From: a virus
Lineage: Duplodnaviria; Heunggongvirae; Uroviricota; Caudoviricetes
Virus record (IMG/VR): IMGVR_UViG_2563366822_000012
Span: 1-27,206 of that record
Reading direction: 5' to 3' (one strand)
Length of the DNA stretch: 27,206 nt
The notes beneath the pieces are model-generated. The model saw only the letters and a list, made by a program, of their open reading frames with translations, ran no database searches and was not told the DNA's origin. Positions 27,000 through 27,206 of this stretch are shown here, piece by piece. How positions within the stretch are numbered: the first letter of the stretch is position 1; every line of letters starts with the position of its first letter. A program made the translations under genes and the position numbers.

Positions 27000-27206
27000 T
27001 GAAGTGGCACACTGAATTTGGCCACCTGAACAGAGGTGATATGCTCACCTCAGAACAACACAGGTGCTCCAATGAAAAAAAGAAATTTCAGCGCAGAGTT
27101 TAAACGCGAATCCGCTCAACTGGTTGTTGACCAGAACTACACGGTGGCAGATGCCGCCAAAGCTATGGATGTTGGCCTTTCCACAATGACAAGATGGGTC
27201 AAACAA
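27000..27206 (+). mobile_element. Left end of an IS3-family insertion sequence (IS911-like), truncated by the window edge
   Basis: Begins TGAAGTGGCACACTGAATTTGGCCACC (IS3-family ends are TG…CA); 72 nt inside, an ORF starts whose translation matches IS911 OrfA from memory. Confidence 0.65.
27072..27206 (+). CDS. IS3-family transposase OrfA (helix-turn-helix N-terminal part), partial at window end
   Basis: ATG 27072; [45 protein letters not shown]… runs off the window. Confidence 0.65.
   Translation, partial: MKKRNFSAEFKRESAQLVVDQNYTVADAAKAMDVGLSTMTRWVKQ

Noticed and set aside
26954-27025. N-terminal 24-codon extension of the phosphatase ORF from a GTG start
   Set aside because: Reads into the terminal repeat of the IS element; the canonical ATG at 26953 has a proper Shine-Dalgarno and gives the known lambda-PPase N-terminus.

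Overview
Read by eye, this window is the left part of a mosaic temperate prophage of an Escherichia/Shigella-type genome, inserted at the tRNA-Arg gene argW next to the host gene yfdC. All protein identifications are from memory and motif recognition; no alignment or HMM search could be run. Layout: yfdC (1-933, +), argW tRNA (1009-1083, +), a P4-type tyrosine integrase (+), then a ~1.2 kb low-GC cargo segment with one 195-aa gene in the slot where related argW prophages carry gtr serotype-conversion genes. Everything from 3585 to 26953 is on the minus strand and reads right-to-left: lambda-type ninI phosphatase, Q antiterminator, PR'-qut-tR' late control region, S/R/Rz/Rz1 lysis cassette, Rha regulator, HNH endonuclease, small and large terminase, HK97-type portal, prohead protease and major capsid, head-tail connectors, then a Mu-type contractile tail (sheath, tube, frameshifted chaperone, tape measure, DNA-circulation protein, baseplate, tail fibre). 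The right edge (27000-27206) is the start of an IS3-family element, probably IS911. Most notable: (i) two AT-rich moron genes, a secreted 164-aa protein wedged between tape measure and baseplate genes and the 195-aa protein beside the integrase; (ii) an in-frame TAG that cuts 28 codons off the prohead protease; (iii) a canonical -1 frameshift site (TTTTTTC) in the tail chaperone; (iv) a small membrane-protein gene between terminase and portal. No CRISPR array, rRNA or recognisable defence system was found.
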